Assembly: GCA_964016885.1 (NCBI GenBank)
Contig: OZ024740.1
Coordinates: 390,104,001-390,168,000, forward strand
DNA: 64,000 nucleotides
Reading direction: 5' to 3'
From: Eledone cirrhosa
Lineage: Eukaryota
Shown: in pieces, positions 1 through 11,961 of the stretch
Position numbering within the stretch: position 1 is the stretch's first letter
Layout: each line of letters begins with the position of its first letter
Translations under genes and position numbers: made by a program
Notes under the pieces: model-generated
What the model saw: the letters and a program-made list of their open reading frames with translations, nothing else
Told to the model about the DNA's origin: nothing
The model's database searches: none

Positions 1-300
1 ACCTCCCAGCCCCACACTGTAAATGTGGTTGGTGTTAGGAAGGGCATCCAGCTGTAGAAAACCAGCCAGACAGTCCACGCTGTAATGTGGCCGTGTAGGC
101 AACACGGTAAAAACCTCCCAGCCCCACACTGTAAATGTGGTTGGTGTTAGGAAGGGCATCCAACTGTAGAAAACCCGCCAGACAGTCCTATGCGAGCAAG
201 ACAACCACTCTTGCCTCAAGTGGGAAAACCCCCGTCCAAACCCATGCAAGCGTGGAACACGGACGCTAAACCTGATGATGATGATGATGATGATGATGAT
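1..300 (+). mobile_element. RTE-clade LINE (subfamily A) 3' UTR fragment with (GAT)n tail and an internal ~112-bp tandem duplication
   Basis: Matches the reverse complement of the 3' UTR at ~890-1100 and the + copy at ~16430-16644. Ends GGAACACGGACGCTAAACC(TGA)n. The segment at 1-76 recurs from ~113. Confidence 0.85.
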
Positions 301-351
301 ATATGTATATATATATATGTGTATATATATATATGTGTATATATATATATG

Positions 352-382
<31 letters not shown>

Positions 383-391
383 GTATATATG

Positions 392-454
<63 letters not shown>

Positions 455-748
455 ATATGTATATATGTATATATGTATATATGTATATATATATATATGT
501 ATATATGTATATATGTATATATGTATATATATATATATGTATATATATATATGTATATATATATATGTATATATATATATGTATATATATATATGTATAT
601 ATATATATATGTATATATATATATGTATATATATATATGTATATATATATATGTATATATATATATGTATATATATATATGTATATATATATATGTATAT
701 ATATATATGTGTATATGTATATATATATATATGTATGTATATATGTAT

Positions 749-788
<40 letters not shown>

Positions 789-887
789 GTATATATATAT
801 ATATGTATATATATGTATGTATATATATATATGTATATATATATGTGTATGTATATATATGTGTATATGTATATATGTATATATATG
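301..887. repeat. (TA)n/TATATG compound microsatellite
   Basis: Direct reading: TA dinucleotide run interrupted by G. Confidence 0.98.
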
Positions 888-3617
888 TATCATCATCAAC
901 GTTTAACGTCCGTGTTCCACGCTTGCATGGGTTTGGACGGGGGTAGTCCCACTTGAGGCAAGAGTGATTGTCTTGCTCGCATAGGACTGTCTGGCAGGTT
1001 TTCTACAGTTGGATGCCCTTCCTAACACCAACCACATTTACAGTGTGGGTCTGGGAGGTTTTTACCGTGTTGCCTACACGGCCACATTACAGCGTGGACT
1101 GTGTGTTTTTTTTGTCGTGACACCTACACGATCTCATTTGTTTCGGCCTGGATGGCGCGGCACCAACATAACTTTACATAGAACGGGGTGGTGGTGGGAC
1201 GGGGTGTATTTTGTTAGAGATGCCTACTGGCTGGAGTAGGTTTTACTATATATTTAGGTAAGGCGGGTCTTCTCTGTTACTGAGTACCGCCAAAGGTCTC
1301 GGTCCAGTGACATTGTCTTGGAGAAGTGTAAGTGTGTGATGTCGGAGTTTATCAGCTCGTCCCAGGTTTTTCTAGGTCTGCCTATTCCGTGACTACCGTC
1401 TATCTTTATTGCCCTGCACTTTGTTATACAGCTATCGACTTTCATGCGCATCACGTGTCCATACCAACGTAGCCTTCTCTCGAGTAAACAACATCTGATC
1501 CCTCTTATCTCTAATTTTTTCCTTAGTTCGTTTATGCTTTGCCGTTCACGTATATTACTGTTACACATCCAGCGGAGCATGCAAGCTTCGTTCCTCTCTA
1601 GTCTGCGTATATCCTCTGCACACAATGCCCAGGTCTCACTGCCATGCAACATTGCTGTTCGTATGCAGGCATCATACAACCTGCCTTTCATTTTTAGGGC
1701 GAACCCTTTAGCAGCTAATAGTGGTATAAGCTCTCTGAACTTTTTCCAACCAGTTCTGACTCTAGCTACAGTACTTTCAGAGCACCCTCCCCCACTGCTG
1801 ATTTTATCGCCCAGGTAACGGAAGCTGTCCACTATTTCTATAGAACCCTCTGCGCAATTGAAAGAGCTAGTATTTTGTGGGCACTTGCTGCTACTTATTG
1901 CACCAGAACACCGGCCACATGTATAATCTATGTTCTTAGTTAGCTTACCTGTGATCCCACTACATCTTTTATGCACCCATACTTTGCATTTAGGACATAA
2001 AATGGAGTTTCTACCTACGCCTTTCCTACACACCGAGCACGACCATTTCCCAGAAGGGACTGCCGCCTTGTTTTCTTTCCTACAAACTAGAACTTTGGTC
2101 TTAGCCAGGTTAATTTTAAGTCCTTTTGACTCTAGGCCGTGCTTCCATGTTTGGAATTTCTTCTCTAGCTCGGCCATTGATTCCGCTATGAGTGTCAGGT
2201 CGTCTGCGTATAGGAGTTCCCATGGGCAGCCTGTCTTGAACTCCTCTGTTATAGCCTGAAGGGCAATAATAAATAGTAGGGGGCTGAGAACAGAGCCCTG
2301 ATGGACGCCAACTTTTACGCTAAACTCTTCACTATATTCGTTGTTAATTCTAACCTTGCTGACTGTTTCTTTATACATGGCTTGTATAGCCCTCACAAGC
2401 CATTCGTCAACGCCTAGTTTTCTAAGAGCCCACCAGATAATGGAACGGGGGACTCTGTCGAAGGCTTTCTCCAAGTCGACAAAAGCTAAGTAGAGGGGTT
2501 TACCTTTAGCTAGGAACTTCTCCTGTAGTTGTCGTACTATGAAAAGAGCGTCTGTGGTACTTTTGCCTGACACAAACCCGAACTGCATTTCATCTAGGTC
2601 AATTCTCTCTCTGATTAGTTGCGCTATTACTGTTTCCGTGACCTTCATGACCTGGTCGATTAATTTAATGCCTCTATAGTTACTCCTATCTAGGGCGTCT
2701 CCCTTACCCTTATAACAGTTAACGATGATGCTGCTATGCCAGTCCTTCGGAACAACCCCATTCTGTACGACATGGTTAACTATGCGAGTGACCATGGTGT
2801 GTCCCACCGTGCCAGATGCCTTCAGCATCTCAGCAACTATTTCCGAAGGCCCAGCCGCCTTACCTGTCTTCATATCCTTGATTGCCTTACTTATTATACT
2901 CCCCTCGACTAACACTGCTGGTCCCTCTATTTGGTCGATATGGGGGAGACTGTCTTTCTCCCATTTATTCTCCTCATTTAGTAGCCTTTCATAGTGACAC
3001 TTCCAAGCTACCTTCTTATCAGTGTCGGTGATGGCAAGTATGCCATCATCGTTAAGTACACACTTCTCCCCGACAATATCACGGTTTTTCTTGACGCATT
3101 GCCTAGCAATCCTGAACACCTCACGTTTTTGGTCATCGCGTTGTAGGACATGCTTGAACTTTCTTTCCTCAGCTTCCCTTCTTGCTAAGTACACTTCTCT
3201 CCTAGCTTCCCTCCTGGCCACTTGATAGTCTACTCTACTTCCCCCATCCCGCCATACTTTCCAAGCCTGCTTTTTGGCCTTAATTGACCCCTCCACCTTA
3301 CTGTTCCACCACCATGTTACTCTCCTCCTGCCTACAGGCCTGCTCCAGCCACACACTTCGTCTGTCGCCAACAGCAGGTTTGCTTTCAGAAATTCCCACT
3401 GTCCCTCTATATTGTCCGACTCTAAATGTTCTTCCTTACTGTCGAAAGCATCAAGTAATATGTTTTGAAATTTATTTTTGGCTGTGGGGTCCTTTAGCTT
3501 CCATATTTTTCTCCTGAGGATAGTCCTCTTCTGCTGTCGAGTACGTCTCGTCCTGACTATGAGGTCGCTAATTATCAGTCTATGTTGGGAGGTGCATTCT
3601 TCATGGGGGAGGGATTT
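888..3617 (-). mobile_element. 5'-truncated RTE-clade LINE (subfamily A) with uninterrupted RT region, 3' UTR and (GAT)n tail
   Basis: (CAT)n at 888-898, 3' UTR to 1253, then the ORF. The frame stays open upstream of 3371 to ~3610 ([16 protein letters not shown], the C-terminal end of the APE endonuclease) and abuts microsatellite. Confidence 0.93.
1254..3610 (-). CDS. RTE LINE ORF (APE C-terminus, RT with inserted PHD finger, C-terminal region); 5'-truncated, no true start
   Basis: Motifs [44 protein letters not shown] and the RTE-typical [11 protein letters not shown]...GRPRKTW. Confidence 0.9.
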
Positions 3618-3628
3618 AGATATATATG

Positions 3629-3668
<40 letters not shown>

Positions 3669-3976
3669 TATGTATATATATGTATGTATATATATATATG
3701 TATATGTGTATGTATATATATATATGTATATATATGTATGTATATATATATATGTATATATATGTATATATATATATGTATATATATGTATATATATATG
3801 TATGTATATATATATATGTATATGTATGTATATATGTATATGTATATATATATATGTATATGTATATGTATATATATATATGTATATGTATATGTATATA
3901 TATATGTATATGTATATATATATGTATATGTATATATATGTGTATATATATATATATGTATATGTATATATATGTG

Positions 3977-4007
<31 letters not shown>

Positions 4008-4144
4008 GTATATATATGTATATATATGTATATGTATATATATGTATATATATATATATGTATATGTATATATATGTATATATATATATATGTATATGTA
4101 TATATATGTATATATATATATATGTATATGTATATATATATATG

Positions 4145-4191
<47 letters not shown>

Positions 4192-4224
4192 GTATATATA
4201 TATATGTATATATATATATGTATG

Positions 4225-4255
<31 letters not shown>

Positions 4256-4260
4256 GTATG

Positions 4261-4291
<31 letters not shown>

Positions 4292-4578
4292 GTATGTATA
4301 TATATATGTATGTATATATATATGTATGTATATATATATGTATGTATATATATATGTATGTATATATATATGTATGTATATATATATGTATGTATATATA
4401 TATGTATGTATATATGTATGTATATATATATGTATGTATATATATATGTATGTATATATATATGTATGTATATATATATGTATGTATATATGTATGTATG
4501 TATATATGTATGTATGTATATATATATGTATGTATATATATATGTATGTATATATATATGTATGTATATATATATATG

Positions 4579-4623
<45 letters not shown>

Positions 4624-4785
4624 GTATATATATATATGTATGTATATATATATATATGTATATGTATATATATGTATATATATATATATGTATGTATATA
4701 TATATGTATGTATATATATGTATATATATATATATGTATGTATATATATATGTATGTATATATATATGTATGTATATATATATGT

Positions 4786-4826
<41 letters not shown>

Positions 4827-5404
4827 TGTATGTATATATATATGTATGTATATATATATGTATGTATATATATATGTATGTATATATATATGTATATGTA
4901 TATATATGTATATATATGTATATATATGTATATATATATATATGTATATATATGTATGTATATATATATGTATATGTATATATATATATGTATATATATG
5001 TATGTATATATATATGTATATGTATATATATGTATGTATATATATATGTATATGTATATATATGTATATATGTGTATATATATATATATGTGTGTATATA
5101 TATATATATGTGTATATATATATATATATGTGTATATATATAAATATATTTATATATATGTATATATATGTATATATGTATGTATATATGTGTATATATA
5201 TATATATGTATATATATGTATATATATGTGTATATATATGTATATATATGTATATATATGTATATATATGTATATGTATATATATGTATATATATGTGTA
5301 TATATATGTATATATATGTATATATATATGTATATATATGTATATATATGTATATATATGTATATGTATGTATATATGTATGTATATATATGTATATATA
5401 TATG

Positions 5405-5451
<47 letters not shown>

Positions 5452-5506
5452 GTATATATGTATGTATATATATATGTGTATATATGTGTATATATGTATA
5501 TATATA
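3618..5506. repeat. (TA)n/TATG compound microsatellite (~1.9 kb)
   Basis: Direct reading. Confidence 0.98.
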
Positions 5507-5542
5507 ATATAAGATCAAAAGATGGTTAAAGGAGTTCCATAT

Positions 5543-5611
5543 ATTTTATTATGCGCATTTCAAAAACAAACATCATCAAGCAATAATATTTGTGTTTTCA
5601 TCAGATAAAAC
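5543..5611 (-). ncRNA. Minimal type I hammerhead ribozyme (Penelope pLTR type)
   Basis: On the - strand: GTTTTAT-CTGATGA-[stem II AAACACAAATATTATT...GATGATGTTTGTTTTT]-GAAA-TGCGCA (palindromic stem III)-TA-ATAAAAT (stem I'). Confidence 0.85.
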
Positions 5612-5704
5612 AGGAGAACATGATATGAAGGCTAAAAAACACTTGTTGATAGTGCAGTTTTAAATCAACATATGAAAAGTGGTTTTAGATTGATGTATGA
5701 TATT

Positions 5705-6125
5705 GGGAAAAATATTTTATTTAGAGAGGGGGGGGGGGAAAGGATGAAAAGGGAAGGAGATGAGAGGGAGAGATGGGTGATAGAGAGAAAGAGATAGTTT
5801 TTATAACTGAGAGGAGATATATTTTTTACATAGAGGGGTTGAAAACCGTTGGAAGATACTGTATAAATTAAAAATTTTGAAAATTAACGAAGGGAGGATA
5901 TGTGCGAGGAAAAAATATTTTATTTAGGGAGGGGGGGGGGTGGAAAGGATGAAAAAAAGGGGGGAGGAGATGAGAGTGAAGGTGGAGAGGGAGAGATGGG
6001 TGATAGAGAGAAAGAGATAGTTTTTATAACTGAGAAAAAGATATATTGTTTTAATATAGAGAGGTTGGGAACCGTTGGAAGATAATGTATAAATTAAAGG
6101 AATTTGAAAATTAACGAAGGGAAAT
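5705..6125. repeat. ~200-bp imperfect tandem duplication in the Penelope 3' UTR (purine-rich, G-runs)
   Basis: The unit AAAATATTTTATTTAG...GGG...GAGAGATGGGTGATAGAGAGAAAGAGATAG...AAAATTAACGAAGGGA occurs twice and is mirrored at ~10325-10750. Confidence 0.8.
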
Positions 6126-6601
6126 TATGTATGAAGATAGAGAGAAAAAAATAATAATTGTGGGTGAATATTCTAACGTCAAAAGAAGAAATGTATGTAT
6201 TGTGGCAATTTCAAAATTAGCGAAGAGAAAAATTGTTATGGTTTGTGTGTAGAAGGATTTGAGAAAAATAATGTGAAGTTAAAGTTTGTATATTGAATTG
6301 ATATGTATTAATAATGAGTTCGTTGATGGGGAGAAAAAAATAATAATAAATTAAGGATGAAATTGAGATTAAAAAGATTTATGATAGAGAGAAAAAATAA
6401 TAATGATTGCGGATGAATATTCAAAATGTCAAAAACAAATGTTATTATTTTACGAGAAGATAGAATGAGGGTAATGAGTAAACGAGTATTATAGAGTGTA
6501 TAATGCCCTTTAAAGTAAGGTAAGGTAGATGGGTATATTTTAAAGAGGTGTATGTATATGTGCCTTTGAGAAAAGATTCTAAATTGATAAAGAATTGAAT
6601 A

Positions 6602-9064
6602 TTAACTGTATACTTTGTGAAAAGTTCTATGGAATTTATGCAGGCAGATAGAAAACAAATCTGAGCGTCTGTTTATTATAGAATCTAGGTTAGAGATAAT
6701 GGTAAATTTTTCATTTAGGCAGAGATTACAGATTTTAGATAGAGAGCTGTTCAAGTATGAGGATGCAGAAGAAATCTTTTTCCAAAAGATGTTATATTTA
6801 ATGTTTTTTTCTTTTAAGGACCATACGAGTTCTGAGAGAGCAGTGTTAGTTCTTTTAAGTTTGTATTTGAAAGATGAATGATGATTATAGAGACGAGCTT
6901 TAAAAGAGGTGGAAGTGGAGCCAAAATAGGTGAAGGAATTGGTGCTAGTTATAATTTTACATTCATAAATTAAGTTTTTATCGAGGCAATGGTTGTTGAG
7001 AGGACATTTATTTTTAATGCGGCAGTTGCAATTAGAGAGATTATTAATGAGTGATCTAGTGTTATCTATAGAAGGAATTGGATTGGAGAAGTTGTTTGCG
7101 GTAGGAATAATAGGAATAATAGTTTCTTGATTTAGAGTTGGATTATGAACATTTAGCGAAGTTGTGTTTGACGTTGTATTTGGGTTTACAGAAGTTAGCC
7201 TAGGGTTTACAATGACGTCGGGAGTACTATTACTGTTATTATGAAATTCGATATTGGAAGGAAGAGATTTAGTATTTAATATTTTGTTGTTGTGTTTAGA
7301 GATGATGTTGGAAATATTGGAGGATGTAGAATACGAAAATTTGATGGTGTGTTTGTTAAATATTTTACTATAGATATGTGAGGGAGGGAAGCATTTATTT
7401 AAGGCACTAAAAAATAATTTAGGAATATTGTTATTAATAGAGATGGAGAAAGGAGCATTATACCAGATTATGTTTTTGTATCTAGGTCTTTTATTAAAAT
7501 TATTGGAATGGTCATGATTAATTATTCTACTGTAAGTTTTCCTAGAATTTGTTTCTTTATTATATTTGATTTTATCTGGATAGCCGGCTTTAGAAAGTGC
7601 GTTATTATAGTAATTGGCGTTAGCATCAAAGATGTTTTTATTAGAAGATATGTTAGATATTCTATTTCCAATATTATTAACTATAGCATTCTTGATATTG
7701 GTAGGATGGTTAGATTTAAAGTTAACATAATTAAGATTCTCATTGTTTTTATGGTAAGGGTAATATAGGCCAGTGTCAAGATTAAGAGATACATCCAAGA
7801 AATTAGCTAGTTTGATACTATTATCAAATTCAATTTTTAGGTTATGTTGGTTAAAGAGATTACGTATATTGTTCTTAATAATATTAAGTTTAACTATATT
7901 GCAATTTAGGATAGTAAAGAGTCCATCGTCACGATAAATTCCACCGCGAAGTTGAGGAATTTTCCGACTCAAAGAGTTCAAAATGAAGATACCAATTAAA
8001 TCAGTCAATTGGGATGAATCGGATGCTCCCATTGTGATGTCGAAGTTGTTAGAGGTATCGGCTCTGGTCCAATATTCGTTGTTGAACTCTAGGATGGTTT
8101 TACGTGCGGTGAGGATGATGTGAAGTTCATCTGTGGTGATGTCAGAATATTTAAGTGCGAAAGATAGAGCATTATTGAGAAGTGAAGGCGAAATGGAGGA
8201 ATAGTAGCTGGCAATATCGAATTGAATAAATTTTAGTTTGTTTTTATTATCCAATTTGTTGAACCAGCCAATCACTTCAGAAGTACCAAACCATAAATTT
8301 AGGTTTAAAGAAGAGCAATTAGAACTAACCTGTGGGATAATCCTATCCAAGATGGCTTTACTAACAACCCCCAGATCAGATTTAGAGGGGGCGATTAATC
8401 TAACAGGTAGTTCAGTGCGAAAATTGTTTTTGTGATCCTTGAGATTTATCCTCGGAGTTCTTGGGAGGAATGGTTCGTTCTTTTTTTCAATGCCAAGTTT
8501 TGACATAATCTCATAGGCTTCAAGGTTTATGCATTCTAAATTTTCATGGTTGGTTTTACGATACTTTTTCCTAAGTTCCTTTAGGATAAGGTTGTTATAA
8601 TTATCCTTGGAAATACCATATAGGTTATTGGTTTTGTCAGAGTGGACTAAAACATTTTTTGAGGAATTTAGGTTAGAGATTGTGTTCTTGAGATTTACAA
8701 GGTGCTCTTGTCCTTTGTAAGGGTATCTCTTGAATTTAAGATTTTTTATTATTTTAGTGAATTCTTCCTCGAATTGTGCTAGATTTTTGTTGGAAGGAGG
8801 ATTTCGTCTAGAATTAAAAAGATGATCGAGGAAGTTGTGTTCTTTGGTATGAAAGTTCCCTTTTAGGCGCTGGTCATAGAAATAGGCTGTCCATCTAAGT
8901 CTTCTTACGAAGGAGTCAGTTTTTTCAATAAGAAGTTTGGTGAATTCAGATTTACCAGGTATAGGAATGTCTTTAGTTGAATTGGTTATGTTGTAATAAT
9001 CCATGTTGTAGAAGAAGAGGTGAAGGACCATCAAAAGGTATCCAATATGAGAGTAAGCGCTCAA
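6602..9064 (-). CDS. Penelope-like RT plus C-terminal GIY-YIG endonuclease; intact ORF of ~800 aa (first ATGs at 9031 and 9004)
   Basis: RT motifs PVRLI, FDIASYYSSI, ITMGASDS, YRDD, NFLDVSL. Cys linker CNCRIKNKCPLNNHC. GIY-YIG core LIYECK...TYFGST...FKARLYNH, followed by CNLC..EK and CLH. Confidence 0.92.
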   Translation of the reverse strand: MSAYSHIGYLLMVLHLFFYNMDYYNITNSTKDIPIPGKSEFTKLLIEKTDSFVRRLRWTAYFYDQRLKGNFHTKEHNFLDHLFNSRRNPPSNKNLAQFEEEFTKIIKNLKFKRYPYKGQEHLVNLKNTISNLNSSKNVLVHSDKTNNLYGISKDNYNNLILKELRKKYRKTNHENLECINLEAYEIMSKLGIEKKNEPFLPRTPRINLKDHKNNFRTELPVRLIAPSKSDLGVVSKAILDRIIPQVSSNCSSLNLNLWFGTSEVIGWFNKLDNKNKLKFIQFDIASYYSSISPSLLNNALSFALKYSDITTDELHIILTARKTILEFNNEYWTRADTSNNFDITMGASDSSQLTDLIGIFILNSLSRKIPQLRGGIYRDDGLFTILNCNIVKLNIIKNNIRNLFNQHNLKIEFDNSIKLANFLDVSLNLDTGLYYPYHKNNENLNYVNFKSNHPTNIKNAIVNNIGNRISNISSNKNIFDANANYYNNALSKAGYPDKIKYNKETNSRKTYSRIINHDHSNNFNKRPRYKNIIWYNAPFSISINNNIPKLFFSALNKCFPPSHIYSKIFNKHTIKFSYSTSSNISNIISKHNNKILNTKSLPSNIEFHNNSNSTPDVIVNPRLTSVNPNTTSNTTSLNVHNPTLNQETIIPIIPTANNFSNPIPSIDNTRSLINNLSNCNCRIKNKCPLNNHCLDKNLIYECKIITSTNSFTYFGSTSTSFKARLYNHHSSFKYKLKRTNTALSELVWSLKEKNIKYNIFWKKISSASSYLNSSLSKICNLCLNEKFTIISNLDSIINRRSDLFSICLHKFHRTFHKVYS

Positions 9065-9208
9065 CCGTTAAGGAGCAAGTTAATGTAGGAGGTGAGTTTT
9101 ATTGTAGTACAATAAAGCAATGCAGATATCGGATAAGAAGCACTCTACAGTTTGTGGGACTGGAGTATGCATAATATAAGATCAAAAGATGGTTAAAGGA
9201 GTTCCATA

Positions 9209-9278
9209 TATTTTATTATGCGCATTTCAAAAACAAACATCATCAAGCAATAATATTTGTGTTTTCATCAGATAAAAC
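9209..9278 (-). ncRNA. Minimal type I hammerhead ribozyme, upstream pLTR copy
   Basis: Same sequence as 5543-5611. Confidence 0.85.
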
Positions 9279-10847
9279 AGGAGAACATGATATGAAGGCT
9301 AAAAAACACTTGTTGATAGTGCAGTTTTAAATCAACATATGAAAAGTGGTTTTAGATTGATGTGTGATATTGGGAAAAATATTTTATTTAGAGAGGGGGG
9401 GGGGGGAGGATGAAAAGGGAAGGAGATGAGAGGGAGAGATGGGTGATAGAGAGAAAGAGATAGTTTTTATAACTGAGAGGAGATATATTTTTTACATAGA
9501 GGGGTTGAAAACCGTTGGAAGATACTGTATAAATTAAAAATTTTGAAAATTAACGAAGGGAGGATATGTGCGAGGAAAAAATATTTTATTTAGGGAGGGG
9601 GGGGGGGGGGATGAAAAAAGAACTCATATGGTCCTTAAAAGACAAAAACATTAAATATAACATCTTTTGGAAAAAGATTTCTTCTGCATCCTCATACTTG
9701 AACAGCTCTCTATCTAAAATCTGTAATCTCTGCCTAAATGAAAAATTTACCATTATCTCTAACCTAGATTCTATAATAAACAGACGCTCAGATTTGTTTT
9801 CTATCTGCCTGCATAAATTCCATAGAACTTTTCACAAAGTATACAGTTAATATTCAATTCTTTATCAATTTAGAATCTTTTCTCAAAGGCACATATACAT
9901 ACACCTCTTTAAAATATACCCATCTACCTTACCTTACTTTAAAGGGCATTATACACTCTATAATACTCGTTTACTCATTACCCTCATTCTATCTTCTTGT
10001 AAAATAATATTTGTTTTTGACATTTTGAATATTCATCCGCAATCATTATTATTTTTTCTCTCTATCATAAATCTTTTTAATCTCAATTTCATCCTTAATT
10101 TATTATTATTTTTTTCTCCCCATCAACGAACTCATTATTAATACATATCAATTCAATATACAAACTTTAACTTCACATTATTTTTCTCAAATCCTTCTAC
10201 ACACAAACCATAACAATTTTTCTCTTCGCTAATTTTGAAATTGCCACAATACATACATTTCTTCTTTTGACGTTAGAATATTCACCCACAATTATTATTT
10301 TTTTCTCTCTATCTTCATACATAATTTCCCTTCGTTAATTTTCAAATTCCTTTAATTTATACATTATCTTCCAACGGTTCCCAACCTCTCTATATTAAAA
10401 CAATATATCTTTTTCTCAGTTATAAAAACTATCTCTTTCTCTCTATCACCCATCTCTCCCTCTCCACCTTCACTCTCATCTCCTCCCCCCTTTTTTTCAT
10501 CCTTTCCACCCCACCCCCCCTCCCTAAATAAAATATTTTTTCCTCGCACATATCCTCCCTTCGTTAATTTTCAAAATTTTTAATTTATACAGTATCTTCC
10601 AACGGTTTTCAACCCCTCTATGTAAAAAATATATCTCCTCTCAGTTATAAAAACTATCTCTTTCTCTCTATCACCCATCTCTCCCTCTCATCTCCTTCCC
10701 TTTTCATCCTTTCCCCCCCCCCCCCCCCCCCTCTCTAAATAAAATATTTTTCCCAATATCACACATCAATCTAAATCCACTTTTCATATGTTGATTTAAA
10801 ACTGCACTATCAACAAATGTTTTTTAGCCTTCATATCATGTTCTCCT

Positions 10848-10916
10848 GTTTTATCTGATGAAAACACAAATATTATTGCTTGATGATGTTTGTTTTTGAA
10901 ATGCGCATAATAAAAT
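10848..10916 (+). ncRNA. Minimal type I hammerhead ribozyme, inverted pLTR copy
   Basis: GTTTTAT CTGATGA AAACACAAATATTATTGCTTGATGATGTTTGTTTTT GAAA TGCGCA TA ATAAAAT. Confidence 0.85.
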
Positions 10917-11043
10917 ATATGGAACTCCTTTAACCATCTTTTGATCTTATATTATGCATACTCCAGTCCCACAAACTGTAGAGTGCTTCTTATCCGATAT
11001 CTGCATTGCTTTATTGTACTACAATAAAACTCACCTCCTACAT

Positions 11044-11247
11044 ATGTATATATATATATATATATGTATGTATATATATGTATATATGTATATATATGTA
11101 TATATATGTATATATGTATATATATGTATATATATATATATATGTATGTATATATATGTATATATATATATATGTATGTATATATATGTATATATATATA
11201 TATGTATGTATATATATGTATATATATATATGTATGTATATATATGT

Positions 11248-11287
<40 letters not shown>

Positions 11288-11290
11288 GTA
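11044..11290. repeat. (TA)n/TATG microsatellite
   Basis: Direct reading. Confidence 0.97.
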
Positions 11291-11873
11291 TAACATGTAT
11301 CCCAGTACAACCTGTCTCATGGTCGGGTCGTTGGCGACTAAACTGGCAACCCCACCAAGGTTTCTTGGTGAGGAGGGTGACTTTGGACATCCTGCAGGAC
11401 TAAAAACAAAACCTGTCAAAGGGCAAGGGAGCTCTTAAGACTCAATAGCCATCCAAAATCACCGGGAGAGATGACCCCTTAGCCTTTGTCAAGGCAGAAT
11501 TCTAGGAGAAGGAAAACTCTGATATAACACCTGCAACCCTGATGGTATCCAATGATGTTGACTTGTTCTTCTTTTTGGTAAATATCATCTTGGTTAAGAG
11601 AGTGGGACTGGCTTTGTGCAGTGCCTTTGCTCACTATAAAAGCTTCACAGCACAGGCATTGCTTTATATCTGGAGATCTCTCTGCACTTGTCATCACATG
11701 GTACGATGGGGCCTGCACTATGTGTCAATAATGGTCACAAGTGTAGTCTTTGTACCAGAGTTTTCAAGTCGCTGGCTGGACTAAAAAGTCACATTCTTTC
11801 AGCGCATCGGTAGGGGTTCTCCTACATGGATATAAAGTAGTGGCCGTACTCGAAAACGAGGTTGGCAGCCACC
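11291..11873 (+). mobile_element. Unclassified ~600-bp non-coding interspersed element 'X', copy 1 (lacks the first ~25 bp)
   Basis: Near-identical to 24791-25397 and 27351-27957. Ends GGCAGCCACC then (AT)n. Confidence 0.85.
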
Positions 11874-11930
11874 ATATATATATGTATGTATGTATATATA
11901 TGTATATATATGTATATATGTATATATATG

Positions 11931-11961
<31 letters not shown>

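Larger units (their letters stand above)
5507..11043 (-). mobile_element. Penelope-like retroelement (GIY-YIG type) with direct and inverted pseudo-LTR copies
   Basis: ORF 6602-9064 (-). The 3' region 5507-~5960 is repeated directly at ~9172-9620. Segment 9621-11043 is an inverted copy of the ORF end, 3' UTR and pLTR. Both outer ends abut (TA)n. Confidence 0.93.

Noticed and set aside
5900-6085. 61-aa Gly/Glu-rich ORF (also 10364-10549)
   Set aside because: It is an antisense reading of the purine-rich Penelope 3' UTR repeat.
9566-9850. 94-aa ORF as a separate gene
   Set aside because: It is a chimera across the inversion junction and duplicates the C-terminus of the Penelope ORF.
11479-11784. 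Short 79-80 aa ORFs on both strands of element X, repeated in all copies
   Set aside because: Conservation is explained by recent copy identity; there are no recognisable domains.
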